Positions 1 through 11,725 of a stretch of DNA of 64,000 nt are shown here, piece by piece (positions within the stretch are counted from its first letter, which is position 1; every line of letters starts with the position of its first letter). Position numbers and translations under genes: made by a program. The stretch spans positions 1,856,001-1,920,000 of the forward strand of contig CAVTBU010000005.1 in assembly GCA_963733035.1 (NCBI GenBank). The letters run 5' to 3'. This DNA comes from Pirellulales bacterium (GTDB lineage Bacteria > Planctomycetota > Planctomycetia > Pirellulales > PALSA-1355). The notes beneath the pieces are model-generated. The model was not told where the DNA came from. It worked only from the letters and a program-made list of their open reading frames with translations, and did not search any database.

Positions 1-12
1 GCCCGCGGTGTT

Positions 13-1203
13 TTGTTGGCCCAGCCGCCGGGCCGCTTGCCGAATTCCAGCGCGGCGAACTCCGGCTTTTCGCTCGCGCGGCTCTTGCCGGGCCATGTGG
101 ATCCGCAGCAAGAGCAAGCCTTGCATGCGATTGAGCTGGCTGGTGGCCAGCACGAAGTGGAATTTGACCAGCGTGGAAACGCGTTTACGGTCGTAACCTG
201 GAACCGTGGCAATGAGGGGCTTGATATTCTCCAGAATGTGCGTGATTTGCGATGGCTCGATCTTTCGCGCACCAATATCACCGACGCCGGACTACATACG
301 GTCAGACAATTGCAGCACTTGGCGGTGCTCAAATTGCAGCAGACCCGTGTTACGGACGAGGGGCTTGCAAACCTGAGCGGCATGTCCGAGCTCGAGGGAC
401 TTGCGCTACACGACACGAAAACCTCGCCGGCGGGCCTGCGGCATCTGGCGGCGCTCACGAACCTGCGCATTTTGAATTTGAATTGGACCCGCACGGGAGA
501 CGAGGGGCTGGCCATCGTCGGCCGGCTGCCACGGCTCGAAGAGTTGTATCTGTATGACGCCAAGGTAAGCGACGAGGGAGTGGCGCAGCTGGCTGAGTTA
601 ACGGAACTGCGAATCCTCAAATTGTCATACAACGAGATTACGGACCGCTCGATCGCGACGCTGGCTCGGTTGCCAAAGCTGGAAGCGCTTTGGCTCGATT
701 TCGGCGACATTACCGACACGGGCGTGGCGCAGCTACCGAGTTTTCCCGCACTGTATGCGATCAGCCTGGCCGAAACACGAGTGACCGATGATGGCATGCG
801 GCATTTGCCGGGCATGCGCAGACTGGCGATGCTCGACTTGTCGAACTTGCCAATCAGCGATGGCGGGCTTGCTCCGCTTGCGCGCTGTCCGGCGCTGGCG
901 GTTCTTGTGCTGGCCGGTACCGACGTGACGAACGCGGGGTTGGGTCCCGTGGCGCACATGAGCCGACTTGTGGAGCTAAATCTTAGCGGCACGAAAATCG
1001 ATGACGCCGGCCTCGGCAAGCTCGTCACTCTGCACGGACTGATGAAGTTGAACCTCGCCCAAACGAATGTGACGGATGCGTCGCTTCACCTGATAAGGTC
1101 CTGGCCACAGCTACGGGAACTCAACGTCAGCGGAACGCAGATTTCCAAGGCCGCAATCGAAAATATCGAGCGTGCTATGCCGAATCTCAAGCTTATGCAC
1201 TAA
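13..1203 (+). CDS. Leucine-rich repeat protein (planctomycete RNI-like 24-aa LRRs); true start may lie upstream of the window
   Basis: About 13 repeats of LxxLxLxxTx(I/V)(T/S)DxGL, e.g. LRWLDLSRTNITDAGL and LVELNLSGTKIDDAGL. Confidence 0.85.
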   Translation: MLAQPPGRLPNSSAANSGFSLARLLPGHVDPQQEQALHAIELAGGQHEVEFDQRGNAFTVVTWNRGNEGLDILQNVRDLRWLDLSRTNITDAGLHTVRQLQHLAVLKLQQTRVTDEGLANLSGMSELEGLALHDTKTSPAGLRHLAALTNLRILNLNWTRTGDEGLAIVGRLPRLEELYLYDAKVSDEGVAQLAELTELRILKLSYNEITDRSIATLARLPKLEALWLDFGDITDTGVAQLPSFPALYAISLAETRVTDDGMRHLPGMRRLAMLDLSNLPISDGGLAPLARCPALAVLVLAGTDVTNAGLGPVAHMSRLVELNLSGTKIDDAGLGKLVTLHGLMKLNLAQTNVTDASLHLIRSWPQLRELNVSGTQISKAAIENIERAMPNLKLMH

Positions 1204-1251
1204 ACCCCAACCCAAGACCTGGCTCGAACGACCTTGATCAGGATAAAGGCT

Positions 1252-2541
1252 ATGACACTCAGGACAACTTGTTGGCTTGGTCTCGTGGCCCTCGGACTGC
1301 TTCGTTCGCCGGGCGTCGCTGCCGAAAGCTGGCCGGAGTTTCGAGGTCCCGGGGGCCAGGGGCATGCCGTCACGCAAGACGTCCCCCTGCAATGGAGCGA
1401 GTCCGAGAATATTCGCTGGAAAACGCCTATCGCCGGGCTAGGCTGGTCGTCGCCCGTAATTTCGGGACAGCAAATCTGGCTCACTACGGCGATCGAATCG
1501 GAAGGGTCGCTTCGGGCGGTGTGCATCGAACGCGAGTCGGGGCAAATGGTGCACAATGTGGAGGTCTTCAAATACGACGACCTTGGACGCGTGGCATCGA
1601 AGAACAGCCATGCGTCGCCGACGCCGGTTCTCGACGGTGGCTTCGTGTTCGTTCACTATGGCGCACACGGCACGGCCTGCCTGACTGACGAGGGAGAAAT
1701 CGTCTGGCGAACTCAGCTTCACTACGACCATCGCCATGGCCCCGGCGGCTCGCCGGTGGTTTGGAAGGATCTGGTGATTGTGGCGTGCGATGGTCCGGAC
1801 GTGCAGTATTTGGTGGCCTTGGACAAGCATACGGGTGAGCAGCGTTGGCGCGTCGACCATCAGGGGGAACAAGCCTATTCGACGCCGACGCTCACGCAAG
1901 TCAAGGGTGTCGACCAGTTGATCACTAGCCGTGGAAACGCCGCGATCGCCTTCGCGCCACACGACGGCCGCGAGCTATGGCGAGTCAGTTACACCGGACA
2001 CTCCGTCGTTCCGCGACCGGTGGTCGCCGGCGAGATGGTCTACTGCTGTACCGGGTATTGGAACCCATCGTTGTTGGCGATTCGCTTGGACGGGAGTGGC
2101 GACGTGACGGAAAGCCACGTCGCGTTTACCGTGCGACGGGGCGTGCCAAATAATCCCTCGCCGTTGGTCGTCGGCGGACAATTGTATATGACCACGGACT
2201 TGGGAGTGCTGACCTGCATCGACGCGGCTACCGGAAAAGAACTGTGGCGCGAACGGCTGCCAGGCAACTTTTCGGCCTCGCCGGTTTTTGCCGCCGGCAA
2301 AATCTTCTTGCAGAATGAGGAGGGCACGACCCTGGTCATCGCGCCGGGCGATCGCTACGAGTTGTTGGCAACCAACCACCTGGAAGGCCGTACCCTGGCT
2401 TCGCCCGCCTTCCTGGACGGCGCGATCTACCTAAGGTCCGACACGAATCTCTACCGCATCGAGGCTCCACGCAACATGCGAGCCACGGCCACGCTTCCGA
2501 GCCGGACGCTTCAGCGTGGTGGGAAAGCGTTTCGGCGCTAG
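1252..2541 (+). CDS. Secreted PQQ-like (BamB-like) beta-propeller protein
   Basis: Signal peptide followed by WPEFRGPGGQG, WKTPIAGLGWSSPV, NSHASPTP and LASPA, typical of the expanded planctomycete family; ATG at 1252 chosen as start. Confidence 0.88.
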   Translation: MTLRTTCWLGLVALGLLRSPGVAAESWPEFRGPGGQGHAVTQDVPLQWSESENIRWKTPIAGLGWSSPVISGQQIWLTTAIESEGSLRAVCIERESGQMVHNVEVFKYDDLGRVASKNSHASPTPVLDGGFVFVHYGAHGTACLTDEGEIVWRTQLHYDHRHGPGGSPVVWKDLVIVACDGPDVQYLVALDKHTGEQRWRVDHQGEQAYSTPTLTQVKGVDQLITSRGNAAIAFAPHDGRELWRVSYTGHSVVPRPVVAGEMVYCCTGYWNPSLLAIRLDGSGDVTESHVAFTVRRGVPNNPSPLVVGGQLYMTTDLGVLTCIDAATGKELWRERLPGNFSASPVFAAGKIFLQNEEGTTLVIAPGDRYELLATNHLEGRTLASPAFLDGAIYLRSDTNLYRIEAPRNMRATATLPSRTLQRGGKAFRR

Positions 2542-2547
2542 TTGGGC

Positions 2548-3654
2548 CTAGCTCTTCATGACGCGTCCGTGCACGTAAGCGTCGGTGCCCACTTGTTCGA
2601 TCACCGGGGTCACGAGCGCCAGAGATTGTGACACTAGCCCGACGCCTTCGCCGGCCATTGGGCTGGCGGCGGATGCTCCGCCCACAATCTTTGGCGCAAC
2701 AAACGCATGCACTTCGTCAATCTGGCCGGCATCGAACAAGCTGCCCAGTAGCTTTCCGCCACCTTCGACCAACACGTTGGTCATCAGGCGGGCGCCAAGT
2801 TGATCGAGCAGCGCCCCCAAACGTTCTTCTCGCGACTCTCCTTCGCACACGGTGACGTCGCAGCCCGCATCGAGTAAAACTTGCACGCGATCTTCTGGCG
2901 CGTCGGCGCCCACGGCGACAACAACCGGCACATCGCGGGCCGTGCGCACGAGTTGGCTGGTTGGCAACAGCGAAGCCATCGTGTCCACCACGATGCGGGT
3001 GGCCGTACGCGGTCCTGGCGGGCGAGCCGTCAGCATTGGGTCGTCGGCCTGCGCCGTGCCGCGACCAACCAGGACGGCATCGACGCGTCCGCGCAATCGA
3101 TGCACGATTTCGCGCGATGCTCGACAGGAAATCCAGCGGCTGTCACCCGTGCAGGTTGCCAGCTTGCCGTCGAGCGTCATGGCCCACTTGGCAATGATCC
3201 AAGGACGACCCGTCTGCGTGAGCTTTAAATACGGTGCGTTCAACCATCGGGCCTCGGCGGCGGAAAGGCCGCATTCGACTTCGATACCCGCGGCGTCCAA
3301 TTCGACGATGCCGCCGCCGGCCACGTGTGGGAAGGGGTCCTTTTGGGCGATCACCACACGACGCACCCCGGCCGCGATCAGCGCCTGGGTACAGGGAGGC
3401 GTTTTACCGTGATGGCAACACGGTTCGAGCGTCACGTAAACCGTCGCCCCGCGGGCACGCGTTCCGGCGACGTTGAGGGCCTCGATCTCGGCGTGCGGTC
3501 CACCATAACGCGCGTGAAAGCCTTCACCGACAGTTTCGCCGTCACGCACGATCGTGCAGCCCACCATGGGGTTGGGCTCGACGGATCCCTCGCCACGGGC
3601 CGCTAATTCGAGCGCGCGAGACATGTGCCAGGCATCCAGTTCTTCCCACTGCAT
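2548..3654 (-). CDS. ribD: Bifunctional riboflavin biosynthesis deaminase/reductase RibD
   Basis: PNPMVGC, HAE, TLEPCCHHGKTPPC zinc motif, KWAMTLDGK, VLVEGGGKL. Confidence 0.97.
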   Translation of the reverse strand: MQWEELDAWHMSRALELAARGEGSVEPNPMVGCTIVRDGETVGEGFHARYGGPHAEIEALNVAGTRARGATVYVTLEPCCHHGKTPPCTQALIAAGVRRVVIAQKDPFPHVAGGGIVELDAAGIEVECGLSAAEARWLNAPYLKLTQTGRPWIIAKWAMTLDGKLATCTGDSRWISCRASREIVHRLRGRVDAVLVGRGTAQADDPMLTARPPGPRTATRIVVDTMASLLPTSQLVRTARDVPVVVAVGADAPEDRVQVLLDAGCDVTVCEGESREERLGALLDQLGARLMTNVLVEGGGKLLGSLFDAGQIDEVHAFVAPKIVGGASAASPMAGEGVGLVSQSLALVTPVIEQVGTDAYVHGRVMKS

Positions 3655-3677
3655 CGCAAGGGGGCCTCGCGTGGTGC

Positions 3678-5813
3678 TCAGTCTGGAGTCCAGATCGTTG
3701 ATTTCTTACCGCCGCCCGACGCTGGCCCGCTTTCGGGCGTCCACAGTTTGCCTGGCTCGGCGCCGCCACCTGGCACCATGACGTCGGCGCCCGGCTGCGG
3801 TGCCGCCCCGGCGGGCATGGCTGGTCGGCCGTCGGGACCGATGATGCCGGCCTCTGCCAAGATCTGATAGAGTGCCTGCGCGACGCCCGGTTCGCGAATA
3901 TGCTGATCGCGAATATGGTGCAGCAACCGATCGGCGTCGGCGACTTCGCCGCGAGCGATTCGTAACGCCAACTCCGCTAGATCCCACGGAGCAGTCGATT
4001 TCTTGCCGGCCTCGGCCGCCGCACGCGCCTGGTCCAAATAGGCTACTGCCTGCGTCCCGTCCGGCTCAATCTGTGCGAGTAGCCCATAGACCTCGGCTTT
4101 ATCAATTTTACCTTCAAGGCCGGGGCGTTCGATGACTTCCTGGGCCAGATTCCGCAGCGCCGCGATGTGGCGGTAATGATCTGCCCGCTGATAGAGGTCG
4201 ACCAACTGATCGTCCGACAGTTTCTTGACGGCGACATGACTCATTCTGGCCAGCGGCAGCTCGGCGAGCGAAGTCTGGGCCGGATCGATTTCCTCTTGCT
4301 CGGGCACGCCGAGTTTGCGGCGCAGTTCGTTGAACGCGAATTCGGACGCCACCTGGTCAGTCGCCAATTCGAGCAGTAGGATCGCCGCGAGCAGCTTGAT
4401 GCGCTGCGATGCGTCGCCGGCAACTTGTGTTGCGGACTTTCCGTCGAACACCTTGCGAGGCATTTCGCACCAGTGATGCAGCAGGATATCGCGCCGCTGC
4501 TGTTTGATCAGTTCCAAACGTTTTTCGGCAGGCGTATCCTCGGGCAAGCGCCAGTTCGTGGTCAAGGCATGCTGCAAGGCCGGCACTTCGGTGCTGACCT
4601 CCTCCTGGCCTTTGGCACCCAGTGAATCGCCGGCGATATCGGCCAGCGCCGCTTGGGCCTCCGCGAGTTCCGGACGATACACCGCGAGTTCGAGCCGAGC
4701 ATCGCGATCGGTTTGTTTGCCGTACAAGAACACCTGACCCACAACGTGCGGCACATCGGCCGGAGACAGGTCCTTGCCACTTTCAGGCACCGCCCGATTG
4801 AGCAACCAATAGGCGCCTTTGGGAGGCGGCTGATCCTCGGTGCCCATGCGTGCCAGGTCGATAGGCATTTGCAATGCGCGGGGATTTGCCGTGAGACGCG
4901 CCTGCAGAACTTCCGGGTCCGCGATGCCGTATTCGATCGACAGCACATCGACCAGGTCGATCGCCTCGGGATCGATCGACTGGGCCATTGCTTCGGCCTC
5001 GACGGCATCCTCGAGCGGAATCGACTGCGCGGCATACTTGCGCCAAGCCTCGATCGCGCGCGGCGTATCGGCCAACCAGGTGCGAAGCACGGCAATGTTG
5101 CGCCAGATCGCGGGCCAATCGCCGACTTTGGCGGCCAGCGCAGTTAAATCGTCGGCCGCCTTGCGCCAGGCACCCCGCATGGCGGGCGCCAGCGATTCGT
5201 TGAAACTGCTTTTCCAAAGCGCATCGTCAGGTGGCGGCACGAGTGGCAAGTCTTGTTTGGCCAGCAACGGAACCGACGTCGATGCATTGAGTCGCATTAA
5301 TAGTTGCAACGGCTGTTGATCCTGCGTACCGCTCATGCCGAGTTGCAGCACGAGATGCGCTCGGGCCGCAATCAATTGGTTCTCGGCCACGAGCCCCTGG
5401 GCCACCAGTCCAATGGCGTCGTAAACTTGGGCGGGAACTTGTTCGTGGCACTTCTCCAGCGCATCTTGCAGCAGCGGAATCGCGGAAACACCTCCGGACT
5501 CGGCCACCTTCATGGTTGCTTGCTCGGCCAGCGCCACGGGGTTTTCTGGGTACTTTGCGACGAAGCTCGCCAGCGTCTGTTGAGCCTTATCCTCTTCTCC
5601 CAATTGGGCCTGGAGCATGGCCTTGATCGAGAGCAGACAGGCTCGCTCTGGGTATTTCCCTTCAATACTTTCGATGTGTTCCAGGCACGCAGCCCGTTGC
5701 TCACCCTCGAGCATCCGCTGGAGCTTATCCAGTTCGGACACCATGTCGCCGCAGCAGAACTTGATTTTTTTGCCGGTGCCACCGGGGCAGGGGGCATAGG
5801 GGTCGATAGGCAT
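3678..5813 (-). CDS. Helical-repeat (TPR-like) protein with N-terminal SEC-C-like motif
   Basis: Begins MPIDPYAPCPGGTGKKIKFCC (SEC-C-like), followed by Ala/Leu-rich amphipathic helices; ATG at 5813. Confidence 0.7.
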   Translation of the reverse strand: MPIDPYAPCPGGTGKKIKFCCGDMVSELDKLQRMLEGEQRAACLEHIESIEGKYPERACLLSIKAMLQAQLGEEDKAQQTLASFVAKYPENPVALAEQATMKVAESGGVSAIPLLQDALEKCHEQVPAQVYDAIGLVAQGLVAENQLIAARAHLVLQLGMSGTQDQQPLQLLMRLNASTSVPLLAKQDLPLVPPPDDALWKSSFNESLAPAMRGAWRKAADDLTALAAKVGDWPAIWRNIAVLRTWLADTPRAIEAWRKYAAQSIPLEDAVEAEAMAQSIDPEAIDLVDVLSIEYGIADPEVLQARLTANPRALQMPIDLARMGTEDQPPPKGAYWLLNRAVPESGKDLSPADVPHVVGQVFLYGKQTDRDARLELAVYRPELAEAQAALADIAGDSLGAKGQEEVSTEVPALQHALTTNWRLPEDTPAEKRLELIKQQRRDILLHHWCEMPRKVFDGKSATQVAGDASQRIKLLAAILLLELATDQVASEFAFNELRRKLGVPEQEEIDPAQTSLAELPLARMSHVAVKKLSDDQLVDLYQRADHYRHIAALRNLAQEVIERPGLEGKIDKAEVYGLLAQIEPDGTQAVAYLDQARAAAEAGKKSTAPWDLAELALRIARGEVADADRLLHHIRDQHIREPGVAQALYQILAEAGIIGPDGRPAMPAGAAPQPGADVMVPGGGAEPGKLWTPESGPASGGGKKSTIWTPD

Positions 5814-6003
5814 GAGAGAAAAACTGCTTTTGTGGAAGGAAAGTGGCGAGCCGAGCCTGAATTCTCGAATGGTATCATTTTCGTGGTTCGAATTCGAGCC
5901 ACTGCCCGCAACGTGCGTCCGAAATCGAGGTCGCAAAAACGGCACGGCCCAGGGCAAATGTGGCCCTGGGCCGGTGGCATGCGAAGATCGTTTGGCGGGA
6001 TGC

Positions 6004-7062
6004 CTAGCTGGTGCCAGCCAGCGATTTGCGTTTCTTGGCGATCAAACTCAGCAGAGCTTTCTGCGGCTCGGTGAATTTGTGCACACCCTCTTCCATCAGC
6101 GTGGCTTCGAGATGCTCGATGTCGACCTTCTGATCGATCTCGTCGAGTACTTCCCGCGGTGGCAGCTTGTCGATATCGCGCTGGAACGTCAGACCGCTGG
6201 CCTCCACCGCTTCGTTCGTCGCCGGCGGATTGGTTTCGATGTCGCTGCCGGCAAATGCCGCCACGTATTTCCACGCCGGATCCTCGGGCTTCTTAGTGCC
6301 GGTACTGGCGAAGACGATCTCCTGATCGAGCTTCAGCTTCTTGTCGGCCCAATAGGCCTTGTTATCCGCCCAAATCCGTTTCGCACCAGCGATGCCAACC
6401 ATGCCCTGCGCGGCGGGCGAGAGGCTGGGCACGTGCTTTTCGGTGTAAACATCGACGCGCGACACGAAGATGCTGTACACGCTCTTGAACTTGCTAAAGT
6501 TGCCATAGCGTTGCGCTCCGCGCCACACGGCTTCGCGGGCCGCCTTGTACTGGCGAGGTGTAAACGTCAGCGTCACGTTGAGTGGGATACCCGCGCTTGC
6601 CAATTCCTCGAGCGCATCGATGCCGGCGGGCGTGGCCGGCACTTTCATCATGCGGTTGACATGGCCCATCGACCACTTCTTGCCGAGCTCGATGTACCGC
6701 GCAACTCGCTCGTCATGGGATGGCCCCAACTCGGGGTCTTCCAGCAATGGATCGAGCTCAAAACTCACGTAGCCATCGTTGCCGCCAGTTTGATCCCAAA
6801 CCGGTCGAAACACGGCCTGAGCCTCGCTCACTAGTTTGTCGGCCAACTTCCAAGCAATCTGTTCGTCCGTCAGCTTCTGATCCAGGAATTGCTCGATGTC
6901 CGAATCGAATCGTCCAGTCTCGATCAAGTTCGCGATAATAATCGGATTTGAAGTAGCCCCGCTAGCACCGAGGGCCCGGTTCTTGGTCACCAAATCTGGA
7001 TCGATCGAGTCGAGCCAGAGCTTGGTCCCGCTTGCCACTAGCGATCGTAAGGGAGAAGTCAT
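6004..7062 (-). CDS. tal: Transaldolase family protein
   Basis: [20 protein letters not shown], Schiff-base Lys in [30 protein letters not shown]. Confidence 0.92.
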   Translation of the reverse strand: MTSPLRSLVASGTKLWLDSIDPDLVTKNRALGASGATSNPIIIANLIETGRFDSDIEQFLDQKLTDEQIAWKLADKLVSEAQAVFRPVWDQTGGNDGYVSFELDPLLEDPELGPSHDERVARYIELGKKWSMGHVNRMMKVPATPAGIDALEELASAGIPLNVTLTFTPRQYKAAREAVWRGAQRYGNFSKFKSVYSIFVSRVDVYTEKHVPSLSPAAQGMVGIAGAKRIWADNKAYWADKKLKLDQEIVFASTGTKKPEDPAWKYVAAFAGSDIETNPPATNEAVEASGLTFQRDIDKLPPREVLDEIDQKVDIEHLEATLMEEGVHKFTEPQKALLSLIAKKRKSLAGTS

Positions 7063-7452
7063 CGCAGCTCACTCTCTCGTGGGATCTAGAAGTATTCCAA
7101 AACGCAATGCCATCGCCCAAAACAGCCGCTGGCGGGGGGTGATTGCACAGCCATCAAGCTGCGCCTTCCATGTCACCCTCTGTAAGTCTTTGTACCCCTT
7201 GGCTTGCAAAAGACAAGGAAAAAGGGGCCGTCGCTTCGGCTCGGTACTGTCCGTGCATCGGCTTGCTGGGCAAGCAGCAAGACTTTCCTGCGGCTGGTGA
7301 ATTTGGGTTGAGTTTTCCTTTTTTTGAGGCTCTGCCGGTTATTCCTAATTTGCGGGCAAGCGACGATCCGATCAGTCTTAGGCAGAAATTGCCCCTTAGG
7401 GCAGAAGCGCAAAGACCCCGTTCTTAGCTAGCAACAAGCGAACCGAGGAATC

Positions 7453-8835
7453 TTGGCCGTGCACAGAGGATTCTTGCTATTGCCGTGGTTGGCGCTGGCG
7501 GCGTTGGCACATATAGCCGATGCCGATGAGACGCCAAGCCCGCAAACGAGTTCCGCGCGACATGGTTCTGCTTCGGCTAAGCTCAGCCCATCGGATCGAG
7601 TGCCGGCCGGCCGGCCGGCACTCGATCCGATGCCTGGGCTCCGTCACCCCATCGTCGATGAAGCGGTGGTCCCGGCCGCCTACGTTGCGCGGGAAGAATA
7701 TCCCCCCGAGCCGCTGGGTTTCAGCGCCGCGCGGTTTAATCCGAATCCGGGCCCGCTGGTCGACCCGGCACTCGGCCCGGGTATGACCTATGGACCTTAT
7801 CGCGGAAGCTTCGAGTTCTACGATCCCCATGACCCCGACTCCCCGGCGCCGACCGTCAGCTCTGGTGCCTGGATTCGCACAGGTTGTTGGTACGGCGACG
7901 TGGCGGCCACCTATATCGGCCGTTCGGCCGCGGTTAAGAACGACATAAAGATGTCGTTCGACTTCTTTAGCCAACAAAACGTTATTGCCTCTCAGCAAGA
8001 TATGGGGTACCAGCCGGGACTCAATATCACGCTCGGTCGCTACTTGGGACGCGACTCCCAAAATCGCGATCATTCGGTCGAGTTTACGTTTCTCGGCCTG
8101 AATCATTGGCAGTTTTCCAAGAGTATCACGGCGGTTCAATCCGGGTCCATCCTGCTCTCGTTGGATTCAGCCGCCAATCCGCCAGTCTTTGAGGGGTCGG
8201 ACTTTCAAAGTCTCAACCAGACGTCGGATTTCAATAGCTACGAATTCAACTACCGCGTTGACCGTCGGCTTAGCCGCGATCGCATGGTCTATTCGCGCGA
8301 TAGCACCTGGACTCGCGAAGCCACGCCGGGATGGGTGTGTTCGTTCATCTCGGGCATCCGCACGGTGATCGTCAATGATCGGCTCTATTGGTTTGCTCAG
8401 AACTCGTTGGGAACCGGCAACTATACTGTGATGGCCCACAACAACCTGGTAGGGCCACAAGTCGGGGGCGAGTTTTTTTACGACCGTGCTTACTGGCGAT
8501 TGGGCATCCGCGGCAAAGCCGGCGCGCTGGTCAACTTTGCCTCGCAATCGAGCACCGTACAAATCCTCGATGGTAACGGTGATCCCTTGTCGCCCAACCG
8601 CAACGAATATGCCAAAGACCATTCGATGTCCTTCGTCGGCGGCGTGACCTTCCTGGGCGAGTACCGTTTCCGCCCGAACTTGGGACTAAAAGCGTCGTTC
8701 GACATGCTGTGGGTTACGGACCTCGCCTTGGCGCAAAATCAACTTACGTTTTTCCCCAGCACGCCGACGCAGATTTCGGCATCGCATCAATTGTTTTTCA
8801 ACGGCTTTTCACTCGGGCTGGAATGGTCTCGCTAA
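7453..8835 (+). CDS. Putative outer-membrane beta-barrel protein (planctomycete BBP7-like)
   Basis: Signal peptide, Pro-rich linker, amphipathic strands, NNLVGPQVG motif, C-terminal FFNGFSLGLEWSR barrel-type ending. Confidence 0.7.
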   Translation: MAVHRGFLLLPWLALAALAHIADADETPSPQTSSARHGSASAKLSPSDRVPAGRPALDPMPGLRHPIVDEAVVPAAYVAREEYPPEPLGFSAARFNPNPGPLVDPALGPGMTYGPYRGSFEFYDPHDPDSPAPTVSSGAWIRTGCWYGDVAATYIGRSAAVKNDIKMSFDFFSQQNVIASQQDMGYQPGLNITLGRYLGRDSQNRDHSVEFTFLGLNHWQFSKSITAVQSGSILLSLDSAANPPVFEGSDFQSLNQTSDFNSYEFNYRVDRRLSRDRMVYSRDSTWTREATPGWVCSFISGIRTVIVNDRLYWFAQNSLGTGNYTVMAHNNLVGPQVGGEFFYDRAYWRLGIRGKAGALVNFASQSSTVQILDGNGDPLSPNRNEYAKDHSMSFVGGVTFLGEYRFRPNLGLKASFDMLWVTDLALAQNQLTFFPSTPTQISASHQLFFNGFSLGLEWSR

Positions 8836-9156
8836 GGGAACAGTGACACTCATCGGCAGCAGCAAATCAACTGCTAGCTGACAAAGCAGGGAGCGAGGAC
8901 CTGTACGACAAGTGTGTCACCCGTAGGCGGCTGCCGTGGGAGACGGAAAATTGGGCTAAATTCGCGGTGAAATCGCTCTGCCGGCTGGCTGGTTCAGCAT
9001 AGACGCGGAGCGAGGCCGCAGGTACTCTTAACGCTTCGCCTCGGAGGGCGGACCCGCGGGTAGGAACTAGTCGCGGGCACAATGGCAAGTAGGCCGCAAG
9101 TGGTGACCGGGTGCGGGAATTTACGCATCGCGGGAAACTCGGGAAGAGCAGCGCGC

Positions 9157-11710
9157 GTGCTAAATCAATTCTTTACCCGGCATAGTTTCAAGATCATCTT
9201 GGTGGCAATTTTCTTGCTGCCCGTCATGGGTCGCGGCGCGAAAGACCCTGCAAAGCAACGACAACAACGTCCACGACTGGCTGCCCACGACCTACGAGGA
9301 AACCACGGACTTCAGTTGGTTTCAGCAGCACTTCGAGAACGAAACGTTCGTGCTCATCAGTTGGGAAGGCTGCACACTCGGCGATCAGCGGCTCGAGCTG
9401 TTGGCCAAGAAGCTGGTTCCGCCCGAAATTCCTGACCAGTACGCAAACTTTGGTCCGCTACCCGAGCCGAAGAAGCCCAAATGGTACGAAGACCTGGTCT
9501 TCTCCCACTGGTTCAAGCGCCCTGATCCGGTTGAAGAACTTGCCCGCGGATCCCTGTTCAAACACGTCGAAACCGGTCCGCGATTGCTCGATCGATTGAC
9601 GCAGGCGCCCATCAGCCTGTCGGAGGAGGAAGCCATCGGGCGATTGCGGAAGTTGTTCGTCGGTCCCGACGGCAAGCAGACTTGTGCGGTGGTGACGCTC
9701 ACCGACGAGGGCAAGCGCGATCTTCGCGTCACATTAAACAAACTCTACACCGTCTGCGAATCCGAATTGGGCCTGCCACCCGAGCGAGTCAAGATGGGTG
9801 GGCCGCCGGTCGACAATGTGGCGATCAGCGTCGAAGGCGAAAAGACGCTGCTGCGGCTATTCATCCCGGCGGGCATCGTCGGTTTGGCGCTGGCCTTCTG
9901 GTGTTTGCGAAGCGTGCGATTGACGATCATGGTGTTCGCGACCGCGCTCTATGCGGGAGCGATTAGCCTGGCAATCGTGCACTATTCCGGCGGCGCGATG
10001 AATGCCATCCTGCTCACGATGCCGGCTGTCGTGTACGTAGCCGGCATTTCGGGGGCAATTCACTTTGCCAACTACTACCGCGACTCGGTCGCCGAGGGAG
10101 GCGTCGAAGGTGCGCCCGCGAGGGCGCTGCTACATTCGTGGCTGCCGTGCGTGCTGGCGGCCGGCACGACCTCGGCCGGGCTGTTTTCATTGTACACCAG
10201 TGAGCTCGTGCCGATTCAAATGTTCGGAGTTTACTCGGCGCTGGGCGTGCTCTCGACTTTGGCTCTCTTGTTCCTGTTCTTGCCTGCCTGGATGCAGCTC
10301 TGGCCGATGCGGCCGCACAGCCTGCTCGACGGCGAGCAGCCGAAGGCCGAGGATATCGATTTGCCTGTACGCTGGCGCAAGATCCTGCAGGGCGTACTCG
10401 ATCGGCATCGCTGGGTCTTGGCGGGACTGACCTGCTTGATGCTGGTTTGCGGTCTGGGTCTGTCCCAAATCGATACTTCGATCAAACTGACGAAGCTGTT
10501 CTCATCCAGCGCCCAGATCATTCACGACTACCAGTGGTTGGAGGACAACCTGGGCGATCTGGTGCCGATGGAGGTCGTGGTCAAGATCGACGATGACAGC
10601 GGCTTGAACATGCTCGAAAAAGTGGAGCTGATCGGCAACATCGAAAAAGAGATGCAAAAGATCAAGCACATCGGCAACACGATGTCGGCCGCCACATTTG
10701 CTCCGGAGATTCCGAACAAACGCAGGGGTCTCCTCTCGGTCAACACATTGCGCGACGTCACCAACCGTCGGCTCGAAGCCAACAAGCAGGAGTACCTCGA
10801 CAGCGACTTCCTCAGCACCGAGGGAAACACGGAGTTATGGCGGGTCAGTGCTCGCGTGGGTGCTTTAAATGACGTCGACTACGGCGAGTTCAAGGACGAG
10901 ATCCGCGCGTGCGTGGAGCCGGTCATTTTGGCCAAGCGCAAGCAGCTTGCCCAACTGGCCGCGCGGCGAGCGACGCAGTCTGACAGTACGATTCAAACCG
11001 TCGCTCTCAAGTCCGCCGGGAACGATACGATGGGTATCGACGCCGTGTATACGGGTTTGGTGCCGGTGGTGTACAAAGCGCAGCGCGAGATGCTCAACGG
11101 CCTGGCCTGGAATTTCGTCACCGACCTGGCCACGATTGGCGCCGTGATGACGATCGTGTTCTGGGATCTTTCGGCCGGACTGATTCTGCTCGTGCCGTCA
11201 ATTTTCCCGATCATGATCGTGTTCGGCATGATGGGCTGGTTGGGAGTCGTTATCGACGTGGGCACCATCATGACGCCGACCGTGGCGCTAGGTGTCTCGG
11301 TCGACGATGTCGTGCACTTTCTGATTTGGTATCGACGCGGCTTGAAAGAAGGGCGGATTCGCAAAGGCGCGGTCATGCTCGCCTACGAAGGCTGCGCCCG
11401 GGCCATGTATCAGAGTTGGGCAGTGCTGGGACTTGGCTTGGCCGTGTTCGCCCTGAGTTCGTTCGTGCCCACGCAGCGGTTTGGAGCCATGATGTTCCTG
11501 CTGCTAACGGCAGCGCTCGCGGGCAACCTGTTGATGCTCCCCTCGGTGCTGACCAGCCCGATCTCGTACTTTTTCGGCCGGCGGCTCATCAAACAAGCCA
11601 AGGCTGCGCAAATCGGCGACCATCTGCCTGCGGACAAACGGCAGCCGACCCAGCCGGTCCCGTCACAAGTGCGGCACGACGTGTCCCACCGTGTGCGGAG
11701 CAGCAACTAG
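9157..11710 (+). CDS. MMPL/RND-family membrane transporter; frameshift near 9238 (probable sequence error)
   Basis: Two TM bundles with GGPPVDN, ISGAIHFANYY and ALGVSVDDVVHFL; the N-terminal TM segment in ORF 9082..9435 joins the frame of 9350..11710 (TLQSNDNNVHDWLP) at GGCGCGAAAG. Confidence 0.85.
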
Positions 11711-11725
11711 CTGCCGCTGCATTCG

